A DNA stretch of 64,000 nt from Thermoplasmatota archaeon (GTDB lineage: Archaea > Thermoplasmatota > E2 > JACPAO01 > JAHFTW01): contig JBFIHX010000001.1 in assembly GCA_041601615.1 (NCBI GenBank), forward strand, positions 288,001-352,000, in the 5' to 3' direction. The notes below the pieces were generated by a model, which was given only the letters and a program-made list of their open reading frames with translations, was not told the DNA's origin and ran no database searches. The translations under genes and the position numbers were made by a program. This document shows, piece after piece, positions 44,162 to 55,300 of the stretch (the first letter of the stretch is position 1; each line of letters opens with the position of its first letter).

Positions 44162-47100
44162 ATGCCAAAGGGAAATGCAGCAAAAAAGGCCGTCGCTCCG
44201 TCAGCCAACAAAAACGTAACCGTGGTTGGAATTGGCGCCTCCGCAGGTGGCTTGGAGGCACTCAAACGTATGCTCGAGCAATTGCCGCCTGCCCCCGGCG
44301 TGGCAATCGTCATCCAGCAGCACCTGGAACCGAAGCATCCGAGCCACATGGCGGAGCTTCTGGACCGCATCTGTGCACTCCCAGTGCAAGAAGCGAGCGA
44401 CAACGTGCTGGTGGAAGTGGACCACGTCTATGTGGCTCCCTCCGAGCAGGACATGGAACTTCGGGATGGCTACCTGCGTATGATTCCACGCTCGCCAAAA
44501 GACGGCCTCGTCTCCACCATCGACCGCTTTTTTTCATCGCTCGCGGGCGACGCGGGGCCACGATCCATGGGCGTCATCCTGTCTGGAACCGGCTCCGACG
44601 GTACCTTGGGGCTCGGCAAAATCAAAGCAGCCGGCGGCATCACATTCGCCCAAGATCCCGCAACGGCAGGTTTTGCTTCCATGCCGGAATCGGCTCAGCG
44701 AGCCGGAACCGTGGACATGGTCCTGGCCCCGAGCCAAATCGCCGATGAAATTGTCAAACTCGCCGCGCACCCTTACACGCGTATGTCGCTAGACTTGGAA
44801 GGCACCACAGAACCGTCGGACGAGGGCATGCCCGGCGTCTTCAAGGCGCTGCTCAAGGTAACCGGCGTCGATTTTGCCAACCACAAACAAGCAACGTTTC
44901 GCCGCCGCGTCCAGCGCCGCATGGCACTTCTGGGACTCGCGTCCCTACCTGAATACGTCAGCCGACTCAACGCGGACCCGCATGAGGTCCATGCGCTCTT
45001 TTCGGACGCCCTCATCAATGTCACGGCGTTCTTTCGTGATCCGGAATCCTACGATGCGCTGCGAAAGCACGTACTACCCAAGATTCTGGAACACCAATCT
45101 CCCGAACGCACCATTCGAATCTGGGTCGCCGGCTGTGCCACGGGCGAAGAAGTCTACTCCATCGCCATCACACTACTCGAGTTCCTAGGAGACATAGCTC
45201 CGGGACAAATGCAAATTTTTGGCACGGATCTCAACGAATCCAACATTCAAGCCGCCAGGTCCGGCCTCTTCAAGGGCGGCATCGAGGACCAAGTGCCGGA
45301 GGATTTGCTTGCTCGCTACTTCGTCAGAAATGCAGACGGCGGCTACCGCATCAGCAAACGAGTCCGCGACTTGTGCATCTTCTCCGTCCACAACCTGTAC
45401 CGCGACCCCCCCTTCTCCGGCATCGACCTCATCAGCTGCCGCAACGTCCTCATCTACCTCAATGCAGCCGCGCAACACAGCGTCCTGGCGTCATTCCACT
45501 ACGCCCTCAAGCCCCATGGCTTCCTTACCCTGGGCCCGAGTGAAACACCCGGCGTGCTCGAAAGAAGCTTCCGGGCCGTGGACAGAAAAAACCGCATCTA
45601 CATGCGAAAAAACGTCGCGACCCCGCTGGCCCGGCCACTTTTTCAAGCGCCCAACTACACGCCAACAACCCCACGCAAACACACCCTAGAAATCAACGAC
45701 GCAACCGACACATACCTGGTCGAACGCGTCCTCGTCGATCACTTCGTGCCCGCGGGTGTTGTGGTGGACCGCGAAGGCGAAGTCCTGCGATTCCTGGGCC
45801 GCACCGGCGAATTCCTCGAACACACGCCGGGCCGCGCCAACATGAACCTGTTTCGAATGGCGCACCACGGCCTCGAAGTAGACCTACGCTCTGCATTGCG
45901 CCACGCCCAAACCCACCGCACACCCACATTCCAGCACGACATCCGCTGGATTACAGACTCTGGAGTACGCATCGTAGACCTAGACGTGCTGCCAGTCACC
46001 GGCACCCAGGACGAACAATACGTCATCACGTTCCGATCGCGCCCCGAATCAAACAACCTCGTGCAGGCGCCTGCCAGCATGGACGACGCCACCAGAGACG
46101 CTGCCGGCCTCCTAGAAGCGGAATTGGACCGAACGCGCAAGCAGTTGCAGGAAATCTCCGAGCAATACGAAGCCACCACAGAGGAACTGCGCACGTCCAA
46201 CGAAGAAACGCTCTCCATGAACGAGGAGCTGCAGAGTACCAACGAGGAGATGCAGACCACGGCAGAAGAACTGCAATCGGCCAATGAGGAATTGACCACA
46301 CTCAACGAGGAACTGCAAAACCGCAACGAGCAACTCAACCGCGTCAACGACGACGTCATCAACCTGCTTGCCTCCGTGCGCCTGCCCATCATATTCCTCG
46401 GCCCAGACCTACGCATCCGCCGCTTCACCCCTACCGCCCGCCGCGCCTTGAACTTCATCGACTCCGACGTGGGCCGTTCCATCACCGACTTGCGCCCCAA
46501 GATCCCCCTTGGCGGCCTCATGGAGAAGGTCCGCGACGTCATGGAGCACCTAACGGTCCAAGAATCGGAGGTCCAAGACGAAGACGGCCACTGGTACCGA
46601 TTGCACATCCAGCCCTACCGCACCGCCGAAAACCGCATCGACGGCGCCGTCCTTGTGCTCATGGACATCGACGACATCAAACGTGCATCCGAGGAACTGC
46701 GTTGCTCGAACCGCGACCTGGAGAACTTCGCCTCCTTTGCATCCCACGAACTCCAGGAACCACTGCGCAACATGCGCCAATTCATGCAACTGGCTACAGC
46801 GCCCGACGCGAGCATCGCATCGCGGGACTCCGACATTGAAAGTGTATTCGAAAGCCTCGACCGCGCAACACGACTCGTCAAGACGCTCCTGCGCTTTGCC
46901 CGCCTAGGAAGCCAGACCGCAGAACTCCGTCGCGTATCGCTTTCCCAAATCGTCGAAGGCGCCCGCCAAAACCTGTCCAAATTCGTCCAGGAAAACGAAG
47001 CCCTCGTGGAAATCAAAGGCGCTCTTCCGGAAGCCATGGCGGACGAATCGCTGCTCGGTGATTTATTTTCCAACCTGTTTCTCAACGCCATCCAAAACCA

Positions 47101-47443
47101 AGCCGAAGCAACACCACACATCCAGGTGGAAGTCGTAGGCGGCGGCGACGAATTGATGGAAATCGTGGTACGCGACAACGGCATCGGTGTCCCCCCTGAC
47201 CAATACGAGCAAATCTTTGAATTGTTCCGGCGGGGAACCACCAGCCGCGGCGATGGCCTCGGCATGGGGTTGGCGCTGTGCAGGCGCATCGTCGACATGC
47301 ACGGCGGCAACATATGGGCAGAATCCCACCTTGAGCAAGGAATGGAATTCCACTTCACCCTCCCCAAAGTCACCGGGGCCTCCCTGGCAAAAGGCCTCGT
47401 GCCGCAGAGTCGCCAAAAACGTGATGGAGGACGAACACCATAG
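44162..47443 (+). CDS. CheB methylesterase-CheR methyltransferase-PAS-histidine kinase fusion
   Basis: GASAGG/QH/SGTGSDG (CheB), AGCATGEE/CRNVLIY (CheR), NEELQS coiled coil, PAS, SHELQEPL, DNGIG and GMGLALC. Confidence 0.93.
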   Translation: MPKGNAAKKAVAPSANKNVTVVGIGASAGGLEALKRMLEQLPPAPGVAIVIQQHLEPKHPSHMAELLDRICALPVQEASDNVLVEVDHVYVAPSEQDMELRDGYLRMIPRSPKDGLVSTIDRFFSSLAGDAGPRSMGVILSGTGSDGTLGLGKIKAAGGITFAQDPATAGFASMPESAQRAGTVDMVLAPSQIADEIVKLAAHPYTRMSLDLEGTTEPSDEGMPGVFKALLKVTGVDFANHKQATFRRRVQRRMALLGLASLPEYVSRLNADPHEVHALFSDALINVTAFFRDPESYDALRKHVLPKILEHQSPERTIRIWVAGCATGEEVYSIAITLLEFLGDIAPGQMQIFGTDLNESNIQAARSGLFKGGIEDQVPEDLLARYFVRNADGGYRISKRVRDLCIFSVHNLYRDPPFSGIDLISCRNVLIYLNAAAQHSVLASFHYALKPHGFLTLGPSETPGVLERSFRAVDRKNRIYMRKNVATPLARPLFQAPNYTPTTPRKHTLEINDATDTYLVERVLVDHFVPAGVVVDREGEVLRFLGRTGEFLEHTPGRANMNLFRMAHHGLEVDLRSALRHAQTHRTPTFQHDIRWITDSGVRIVDLDVLPVTGTQDEQYVITFRSRPESNNLVQAPASMDDATRDAAGLLEAELDRTRKQLQEISEQYEATTEELRTSNEETLSMNEELQSTNEEMQTTAEELQSANEELTTLNEELQNRNEQLNRVNDDVINLLASVRLPIIFLGPDLRIRRFTPTARRALNFIDSDVGRSITDLRPKIPLGGLMEKVRDVMEHLTVQESEVQDEDGHWYRLHIQPYRTAENRIDGAVLVLMDIDDIKRASEELRCSNRDLENFASFASHELQEPLRNMRQFMQLATAPDASIASRDSDIESVFESLDRATRLVKTLLRFARLGSQTAELRRVSLSQIVEGARQNLSKFVQENEALVEIKGALPEAMADESLLGDLFSNLFLNAIQNQAEATPHIQVEVVGGGDELMEIVVRDNGIGVPPDQYEQIFELFRRGTTSRGDGLGMGLALCRRIVDMHGGNIWAESHLEQGMEFHFTLPKVTGASLAKGLVPQSRQKRDGGRTP

Positions 47444-47452
47444 TGTACAAGG

Positions 47453-47902
47453 ATGAACGAGGGAATCAGGACCCATTGGCGCGGCACCCTCGATGTCCTG
47501 TGGCTGGAGGACGACCCCCTGTACGCCGACATCGCCCAGCGGCTTCTCGACCAAGGTGCCCGGGATTCCCACGCCAACGATTTGCGCCTCGACCCCGTCA
47601 TGCGCTTGGCAACAACCCTCGCCGACGCGCTGGCAGAGCTAGCCTCATCCGTCCCAGACATCATCATCGCCGACCTGAACCTCCCGGACAGCCAAGGCAG
47701 CAAGACCCTGCTCGCCTTGCGCCAAGCCGCCCCAGTCGTCCCCCTTCTGGTCCTCTCCGGCAACGAAACCCTCGAACCAGCCCTACTTGCGGCACTAGAG
47801 GAAGCCGAATTCATGGACAAGGACGAACTCACGCCCCGTCGACTCTGGCGCTCCGTCTGCATGGCCATCACCCGCACCAGTGCCCACATATCCTCCCATT
47901 GA
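47453..47902 (+). CDS. Single-domain response regulator
   Basis: LEDD, DLNLPDSQG, VLSG and conserved K. Confidence 0.85.
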   Translation: MNEGIRTHWRGTLDVLWLEDDPLYADIAQRLLDQGARDSHANDLRLDPVMRLATTLADALAELASSVPDIIIADLNLPDSQGSKTLLALRQAAPVVPLLVLSGNETLEPALLAALEEAEFMDKDELTPRRLWRSVCMAITRTSAHISSH

Positions 47903-47914
47903 CCGGGTGGTTCC

Positions 47915-49096
47915 ATGCCTGAATCGCCCTCGGCCCCCCGCAACGCCAGGGCCACCTTGGACGCGCAAGAAGCATTCATGCACGCCATCGCCGCCGTAGA
48001 CCCAACCAAGCGCGTCAAGGCCCACGTCCGCACCGGCGCCATCGACGACTGGCTCAAGAACCGCGACCACCCCGAGACCCTACACGTCTTGGCACTCGGA
48101 AAAGCGGCCGCCCGCATGACTTGGGGCCTCGTAGAAGCAAACGTACCCTTCCGAGGCCTCGGCGTCCACCCCGGCGGAGTCCCTGTACCCAACTGGGAAG
48201 GATTCCAGTGGATCAAAGGCAACCACCCCACCCCCGGCCCGGAATCCTTTGCCGCCGGCACCAGCGTGTGGGACTGGTTCGACAACCTCCCCCCCGGTGC
48301 CCCCGTGCTCGTGCTCCTATCCGGCGGCGCCAGCAGCCTCCTCGAACGACCAAAGCCCAATGAGACCACGGACGAACTGGTGGCCCATTGGACAACCGAC
48401 CTTCAGGCCGGACTGCCCATCGACCAACTCAACAACCGCCGCGCCACCCGCAGCAGCCTCAAAGCCGGCGGACTTGCCCACCACGCAAAAGACCACCCGC
48501 TGCGCGTCTGGCTCATCTGCGACGTCCCTCCAAACCAACCCGAAGTAGTCGCCAGCGGCCCCTTCTGGAACGACGCGGCCCCCCAAACAATTCCCCACAC
48601 TGTACTTGCCCACAACGACGACGCGGTCCAAGCCGCAGGCGCAGCCCTCCAAGCCAAAGGATACAACGTCTACCTGCACCCCACACGCATCCAAGGCGAC
48701 GCCAGTGAGGAAGCCAAACGATTCGTCGACCTGTTTGCAAGCCTCGAAGGCGAACGCGTCGCCCTCGTCGGGGGCGGCGAACCCACGATTCGACTCCCCA
48801 CCAACGCCCCTCCCGGCGGCCGCGGGCAACACGCCTCGCTGGCCGCAGCACGAGCCCTCCACGATCAAAACATCCCAGCAACATTCATCGCCGGGGCCAC
48901 CGACGGACGCGATGGCGTAGACGTAGCCGCCGCCTGGAGCGACCAGGACCTCTGGAACGACGACGCAGCACAGGCCCTCCAGTCGTTCAACGCCCACCGA
49001 TTCTTGACCCAACACCAACGCACCATCAAAACCGGCGCCACCGGCACCAACGTCGCAGACGTCTGGATGCTGCTTGACCACGACGCACCCGAATAA
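47915..49096 (+). CDS. Glycerate 2-kinase (DUF4147/MOFRL family)
   Basis: GKAA, HP.P, LSGGASSL, GGEPT, GGRGQ, TDG.DG and TGTNV.D. Confidence 0.85.
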   Translation: MPESPSAPRNARATLDAQEAFMHAIAAVDPTKRVKAHVRTGAIDDWLKNRDHPETLHVLALGKAAARMTWGLVEANVPFRGLGVHPGGVPVPNWEGFQWIKGNHPTPGPESFAAGTSVWDWFDNLPPGAPVLVLLSGGASSLLERPKPNETTDELVAHWTTDLQAGLPIDQLNNRRATRSSLKAGGLAHHAKDHPLRVWLICDVPPNQPEVVASGPFWNDAAPQTIPHTVLAHNDDAVQAAGAALQAKGYNVYLHPTRIQGDASEEAKRFVDLFASLEGERVALVGGGEPTIRLPTNAPPGGRGQHASLAAARALHDQNIPATFIAGATDGRDGVDVAAAWSDQDLWNDDAAQALQSFNAHRFLTQHQRTIKTGATGTNVADVWMLLDHDAPE

Positions 49097-49164
49097 GGCC
49101 AACAACCGTTCGAATTCGCTCCCCCCGCCAGCACCCCTAAGACAAGCGCCGGAGTCGCCGCATC

Positions 49165-51453
49165 GTGGCCCTGACCGACCTCGGCATCGACCCCCGGGTA
49201 GCCGAGCACCTGGAGGCCCAAGGCATCACTTCGCTCTACCCGCCCCAAGAGGACGCCTGGAGCATCATCGACAAAGGCCACAACACCGTCGTCGCCATCC
49301 CAACCGCCAGCGGCAAGAGCCTCATCGCCTACCTCGCCATCCTGCACCGCTGGCTGCGCACGGGCAAAAAAGCCCTCTACATCGTACCCCTGCGCGCCCT
49401 CGCCTCCGAAAAAGTGGACGAATTACGTGCCTTCCGGGACCTCGGCATCAAAATCGGAGTCGCCACCGGAGACCTCGACGAACAAGACCCACGCCTCGGC
49501 AGCAACGACGTCATCGTCTGCACCAGCGAAAAAGCCGACAGCCTCCTGCGCCACCGCACCCCATGGGTCGACGAAGTAGGCTGCGTCGTTGCCGACGAAT
49601 TCCACCTCGTCCACGACCCCAACCGAGGACCCACCCTCGAAGTCATCCTCAGCCGCTTCCGGGCCCTCCTTCCCGCCGCCCAAATCGTCGGCCTTTCCGC
49701 CACCGTCCAAAACGCTCCGGAACTCGCGCGCTGGCTCGGCGCCGAATTGGTCACCAGCGAATGGCGCCCCGTCGACTTGCGCATGGGCACCTACTACGGC
49801 AACGCCCTGCAATTTTTGGGCCAAGCCGCCACCAAACTGGAAGCCGGCCGCGACCCCATCGCCGCCCTCGTCGAACAAACCATCCAAGAAGGCGCCCAAT
49901 GCCTCGTCTTCGTCAGCACCCGTCGCTCAGCGGAAGCGCAGGCGGTCAAACTCGGAGGCGTCGTGCGCGACCTTCTGGACAGCAATGACCTCGCCGCCCT
50001 CGAAGAAGCCGTCAAGGAACTCGGCGACGACGAAGACGCAGCCGGCGGACCCACGCAGCAAAAACTCAGCAAACTCATCAAAGCCGGTGTCGCCTACCAC
50101 ACCGCCGGCCTCGACGCCAAGCAACGGCGCTTCGTGGAGGCGAACTTCCGCGCCGGCCGCATCAAGGTCCTCTGCGCAACACCCACCCTCGCCGCCGGCG
50201 TCAACACCCCCGCCCGCCGCGTCATCATCCGCGACATGACCCGGTTCGAAGCAGGCCAAGGCAACCGACCCCTGCCCGTCATGGAAGTCAAGCAAATGAT
50301 GGGACGCGCCGGACGCCCCCGCTACGACCCCCACGGCGAAGCGATTCTGCTGGCCAAGACCTGGGAAATGAAGGAAACCCTCGAACACGAATACCTACAC
50401 GGCGAACCAGAGCCGATCAGCAGCAAACTCGCCGCCGACGCCGCCCTGCGCATCCATACGCTTGCCAGTGTCGCCGGCAACTACGCCGAGAGCTTCGAGG
50501 ACCTCGTCCAATTCTACGGCCACACGTTCTGGGGCCAACAAAGCCAAGACTGGATCATCCGCGACCGCGTCGAAGACACCGTGTTTTTCTTGGAGGAAAA
50601 CGGCTTCCTGGAGCGCGACGGCGGGCGCCTCAAAACCACGCTCTTTGGCAAGCGCACGAGCGACTTGTACATCGATCCGCTTACGGCACTGCGCATGAAG
50701 GAAGCCTTGGATTCCAAGTCCGAGGAGCCCACCGTCTTCGGCGCGCTGCATGTGCTTGCCGGCTGCCCCAACATGTACCCATTGTACCTGCGCCAAAGCG
50801 ACGACTGGGTCCAAGGTGCCTACTACGAACGGTTCCCCAGCCTCCTCATCCACGAGAAGGACCTGGAGGACGAATTCAGCTACACCAAAACCGCGACGCT
50901 GCTCTGGGACTGGATCGAGGAACTGCCACCCAGCGAAGTGGAGGTCAAGTACCAAGTCGGCCCCGGCGACGTGCGCATGCGCGTCGACACCGGCAAATGG
51001 ATGCTGCATGCCTTCCGCGAACTTGCCCGCGCATTGCGCCCCGAATGGCAAGCGCCACTCAGCGACCTCGTCCTCCGCCTCGAACACGGCATCAAAGCCG
51101 ACGCCTTGCCCATGATTCGCCTCAAGGGCATTGGTCGCGTGCGCGCCCGCAACTTGATCCGCGCCGGATTCAAGCGCCCTGCGGACTTGGCAGGCGTCCC
51201 CGTCAGCCGCATCGCCAAGCTCCCCGGCTTCGGCGACAAACTTGCCCGGGAACTTCTGCGCCAAGTGGGCGACGACCCCGGCGAAGCGCCCAAAACCAAA
51301 GCGAAACCGAGCAAGAAAGCCGCAGCGACCGCGGCCCCCGAGCCCGAACCCGAACCCACTCCTGGACCAACAAACGAAGCAGCCGAGGACGAAGCCCCCG
51401 ACCCGGACGCACCCGGACAAACAGGACTCTCCGCATGGGGCATGAAACCATGA
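49165..51453 (+). CDS. hel308: Hel308 (Ski2-like) ATP-dependent DNA helicase
   Basis: PTASGKS, PLRALASE, DEFH, LSAT, TPTLAAGVN, QMMGRAGRP and a C-terminal HhH (GIGRVRAR). Confidence 0.93.
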   Translation: MALTDLGIDPRVAEHLEAQGITSLYPPQEDAWSIIDKGHNTVVAIPTASGKSLIAYLAILHRWLRTGKKALYIVPLRALASEKVDELRAFRDLGIKIGVATGDLDEQDPRLGSNDVIVCTSEKADSLLRHRTPWVDEVGCVVADEFHLVHDPNRGPTLEVILSRFRALLPAAQIVGLSATVQNAPELARWLGAELVTSEWRPVDLRMGTYYGNALQFLGQAATKLEAGRDPIAALVEQTIQEGAQCLVFVSTRRSAEAQAVKLGGVVRDLLDSNDLAALEEAVKELGDDEDAAGGPTQQKLSKLIKAGVAYHTAGLDAKQRRFVEANFRAGRIKVLCATPTLAAGVNTPARRVIIRDMTRFEAGQGNRPLPVMEVKQMMGRAGRPRYDPHGEAILLAKTWEMKETLEHEYLHGEPEPISSKLAADAALRIHTLASVAGNYAESFEDLVQFYGHTFWGQQSQDWIIRDRVEDTVFFLEENGFLERDGGRLKTTLFGKRTSDLYIDPLTALRMKEALDSKSEEPTVFGALHVLAGCPNMYPLYLRQSDDWVQGAYYERFPSLLIHEKDLEDEFSYTKTATLLWDWIEELPPSEVEVKYQVGPGDVRMRVDTGKWMLHAFRELARALRPEWQAPLSDLVLRLEHGIKADALPMIRLKGIGRVRARNLIRAGFKRPADLAGVPVSRIAKLPGFGDKLARELLRQVGDDPGEAPKTKAKPSKKAAATAAPEPEPEPTPGPTNEAAEDEAPDPDAPGQTGLSAWGMKP

Positions 51454-51965
51454 TCGACGACCCAGAATTCCAACTCGCAGCCGCCGGGGTACGCGGACCG
51501 CTCACCCTCGAAAACGTCCTCTACCAAGCCCGCAAAGCCTCCCGCCTTGCGCCCCTTCAAGTGGTACGCGCCGATCGTGTGCTTGGCATCGATCACCTAC
51601 GCGCTGCCGCCCTCCACGCCAACCGCGCCTTCGACGAGGGCCGCAACAAAGCCGACGACCTCGCGGTCGAATTTGCCCGGTACCTCAGCGGCAAACGCAC
51701 TATTCGTGAAGCGATCCAACACGTGGGCGTCCCCGCCACCATGGGCACCGCAGTCGTCGTCAGCCTCGGCAAACGCCGCACGGACGCAGTAGCCTACTTT
51801 GCCGACATGCTTGGACTCGACCAAGACGACGCACTCATCGAGCCCAGTACGGAAAAACTGGCACAATTTGGCCTGCCAAACGGACTCCTAGAATCCACGC
51901 CAGAACACCTGCAATTCGACCGCGTTCTGGAGGCCGTAGCGGCCGTCGACTTGATGCGCAACTGA
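51450..51965 (+). CDS. cgi121: KEOPS complex subunit Cgi121
   Basis: Q...AD...G..HL..A...A.RA, E..RYLSG.R.I.EA..VG and VLE.VA. Coupled to hel308 by an ATGA overlap. Confidence 0.8.
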   Translation: MIDDPEFQLAAAGVRGPLTLENVLYQARKASRLAPLQVVRADRVLGIDHLRAAALHANRAFDEGRNKADDLAVEFARYLSGKRTIREAIQHVGVPATMGTAVVVSLGKRRTDAVAYFADMLGLDQDDALIEPSTEKLAQFGLPNGLLESTPEHLQFDRVLEAVAAVDLMRN

Positions 51966-52025
51966 AGGCTCATATACAGGACCTGTGTCGGCCGGCTTGT
52001 CCCCCCGGGGACGCACCAACCCACT

Positions 52026-52099
52026 GGTCCTGTGGGGTAGCTTGGATATCCTGGTGGCTTGCGGAGCCACTGACACGTGTTCGAATCGCGTCAGGACCG
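52026..52099 (+). tRNA. tRNA-Arg (anticodon GCG), no encoded CCA
   Basis: Acceptor stem GGTCCTG/CAGGACC, D-arm with AG..GG, anticodon stem GTGGC/GCCAC with loop TT-GCG-GA, T-arm ACGTG-TTCGAAT-CGCGT and discriminator G. Confidence 0.95.
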
Positions 52100-52100
52100 C

Positions 52101-52122
52101 TCTTTTCCCTTTGTTTTCATTG
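52101..52122 (+). terminator. T-rich archaeal terminator after the tRNA
   Basis: TCTTTTCCCTTTGTTTTCATT directly after the tRNA. Confidence 0.55.
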
Positions 52123-52352
52123 TCTGCGGGCAATGGGTTCGTCGCGCCTTGGAGCGTGGCTGCTGTCAAGTGCTCAGCGCGCACTTTTTCTTGGCGTTCG
52201 GGGCCGGACTTGCCTTTTGCCTCGACGGGCTCGCGGGGGCGGTGCGTGGTTGGGTGCTTTGCCTGGAACGGTGGGTTGAGGCTGTGCGTTGTCGCTGCCG
52301 CTGGACTCTTTGACCCGTGTTTCGGGGCGCTCTTGTGCCGGCGCCCTCGGGG

Positions 52353-55300
52353 TTATTGAGCAAGCCGCGCGGCTTCTTCATCCGTCATGCCTTCCAGTTT
52401 CTCCATCAGAAGCGCTTCGACGGCTTGGCTTAGCTCATAGATGGTGCGCACTTCAAAGAGCCGGGGCAGCGCGACTTCTACGTCGAAGGTTTCGCGGATG
52501 TGGGCGACCATTTTGGTGGCTATGAGGCTGTGTCCGCCGAGGTCGAAGAAGTCGTCGTGGATGCCGATGCCTTGGAAGCCGAGGATGTTTTCCCAGATTT
52601 CGACGAGTGCTTCTTCGAGCGGCTCTGTGGCGGCGGCGTAGGGCACGGGCAGATCGGGCCTGGTGTGGCCGTTGGTTGCCGGGAAGGGGCCGGTTCCGGT
52701 CTCCGGGGTTGGCGCGTCGGTTTCGTGGGTGTCTTCGCCTTTGCCGATGCCGGCTTCTTGCGCGGGGAGCCAGTAGCGCCGCTTTTCCCAGGGGTAGGTG
52801 GGTAATTGCACGCGGCGGGGGCGGGGGCCTTGGTGCACTTGTGGCCAGTTGGGTGTGGCGCCTGCGTTCCAGAGTCTTGCGAGGGCTTCGCGCAGGACGA
52901 TGGCGTCGTCGGCGTTGTCCTTGGGGTGGCCGAGGCTGGTGAGAATGGGTGCGCGTTTGGTCGCGGGGTCGAGTTGCCGTTGGGCGAGGCTGCTGAGGGT
53001 GCGGCCGGGTCCGACTTCGAGCAAGGCGAGACCGGGTTGTTCGAGCAAATGCGCGACGCCTTTGGCAAAGTCCACGGGTTGGCGCACGTGTTGGACCCAG
53101 TACATGGGGTCCTTGGCTTGCGCGTCTGTCAGCGGTGCTCCGGTTTGGTTGCTGATGATGGGAATCGTGGGTGCTTGAAGTGGGGCGCTGCGCACGATGG
53201 CTTCGAAGTCTTCGAGGGCGCCGTCCACGAGGGGCGAGTGGAAGGCGCGGGTGACGTGCAAGAGCCGGGCTTCGATGCCTTGGTTTTCGAGGCGCGCGTG
53301 CAGTTGTTCGATGCCTGCGGGGCTGCCACTGGCGACACAGGTGCCGGGGGCGTTGATAGCGGCAATGCTTGCGTCGGCTTCGAGCAGGGCTTGCACGGTT
53401 TCGGCTTCGGCGCTGATGGCGAGCATGCGGCCTTCGGGGGTGTTTTGCATGAGCCTTGCGCGGGCGGCGACGATGCGGGTGGCGTCGGCCAGTTCGAAGA
53501 CGCCTGCGAGGGTGGCTGCGACGAGTTCGCCGAGGCTGTGGCCCAGGAGGGCTCTGGGTTCGATGCCCCAGTGCATCCAAAGACGCGCCAGTGCGTATTC
53601 GACGGCAAACAGGGCGGGTTGGGTTTGTTGGGTTTCGTTGAGGCGGGCGGTGGCGGCGGCGAGGTCCGTTCCGGCCGCGGGGTAGAGCAGGGCGCTGAGG
53701 TCTTCCACGCCGTGTAGGGCAAAGTGCCCGGCGCATTCGTCGAAGTGTTCGCGGAAGGTTGGCTCGTTTTGGTAGAGCGCTTGCGCCATGTGGATGTGTT
53801 GTGCGCCTTGGCCGGGCAGCAAGAACGCCACGTCCAGTTCCTTTGCGTCGGTGCTGTGCGCGAAGGTGCGGCGGGCTGGCCCGGCGCCGCGTAGGATTTC
53901 GATGGCTTCGGTTCGGTCCTTGGCGAGGATACTGCGTCGGTGGCCGTGTCGTTTGCGACCGGTTTGGAGGGTCCAGGCGGCGTCTTCGAGTGCGGGGGCT
54001 TCTGTCTCGAGGTGGGTGGCGAGTGCTGCGACGCTAGCTTCGAGGGCACTGGCGCTGCGGGCGGAGAGTGTGATCAATTGCGGCGCGGCGCTTGGTTCGG
54101 GCCGAGGCGCAGCGGGGGGCGCTTGTTCGAGGATGACGTGGGCGTTGGTGCCGCCGATGCCGAAGCTGCTGACACCTGCGCGGCGGGGCGTGCCGGGAGC
54201 GGATGGGAACGGTACGGGCGCAGTGGGAACGTGGAAGCGCGTTTCGGTAAGGCGGAGCGCCGGGTTTGGTGTCTGGAAGTGCAAGGTGGGTGGAATCGTG
54301 CCGTGCTCCACGGCCAGGGCTGCTTTGATGAGTCCTGCGACTCCGGCGGCTGCGTCGAGGTGTCCGATGTTGGTTTTTACGGCGCCGAGTGCGATGCTGT
54401 TGGGTGGGCCGGCTCCGAGGGCGCGGTGGAGCGCGGTCACTTCGATGGGGTCGCCGACGGGGGTGCCGGTGCCGTGGGTTTCGATGTATCCAATGGTGTC
54501 GGGTTCGATGCCGGCGACAGCCAGTGCTTCGCTGACCACAGTGGATTGGCCTTCGATGCTGGGGGCAGTGTAGCCGGTTTTGGCAGCACCATCGTTGTTG
54601 GTTGCGGCTCCTTTGATGACGGCATGGATGGGGTCGCCGTCGGCCAGGGCGTCGCTGAGCCGTTTGAGGGCGACGACGCCGGTTCCGCTGCCTGCGACGG
54701 TGCCGTTTGCGCCTGCGTCAAAGGCGCGGCAGATGCTGTCTTTGCTGCCGATGTTGCCTTCTTCCAGGAAGTATCCGAAAGCCGGGTCGGGCTTGATGCT
54801 GCTTGCACCCGCAAGTGCTACGTCACATTGGTAGGACAGGAGTGATTCGATGGCTTGCACGACGGCAACAAGGCTGGTGCTGCATGCGGTGTGGATGCTG
54901 AGGCTGGGGCCGCGAAGGTCGAGCCGGTAGCTGGTTTGGGTGGCGACGAAGTCTTTTTCGTTGCTGGCGATGGCTTGGAAGGCGTTGGCGCCTTGCATGA
55001 CGCGCGGATTGGGCAGGACGTGACGCAGGTAGTAGGTGTTGATGCCGACGCCGGCGTAGACGCCCACCCGGGTCTCAGGGTCGTTGCCGTCGTGGCCGGC
55101 TCGTTGGAGTGCTTCGGCGGCGCATTCCAAAAAGAGGCGAATTTGGGGATCCATCACTTCGGCTTCGCGGGGTGTGAGTCCGAAGTAGCCGGCGTCGAGG
55201 TGTCCGATGTCGGGAATCATGCCGACGGCGGTCTCGCCGGCGCGGTCGGCTGCGGGCACGGGCCGGGGCGCGTCCTCGTACCAGTGGCGGCGAGGGGTCA

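Noticed and set aside
51985-52359. 124-aa ORF between cgi121 and the PKS
   Set aside because: It overlaps the tRNA-Arg gene and its terminator and has no protein-like features.
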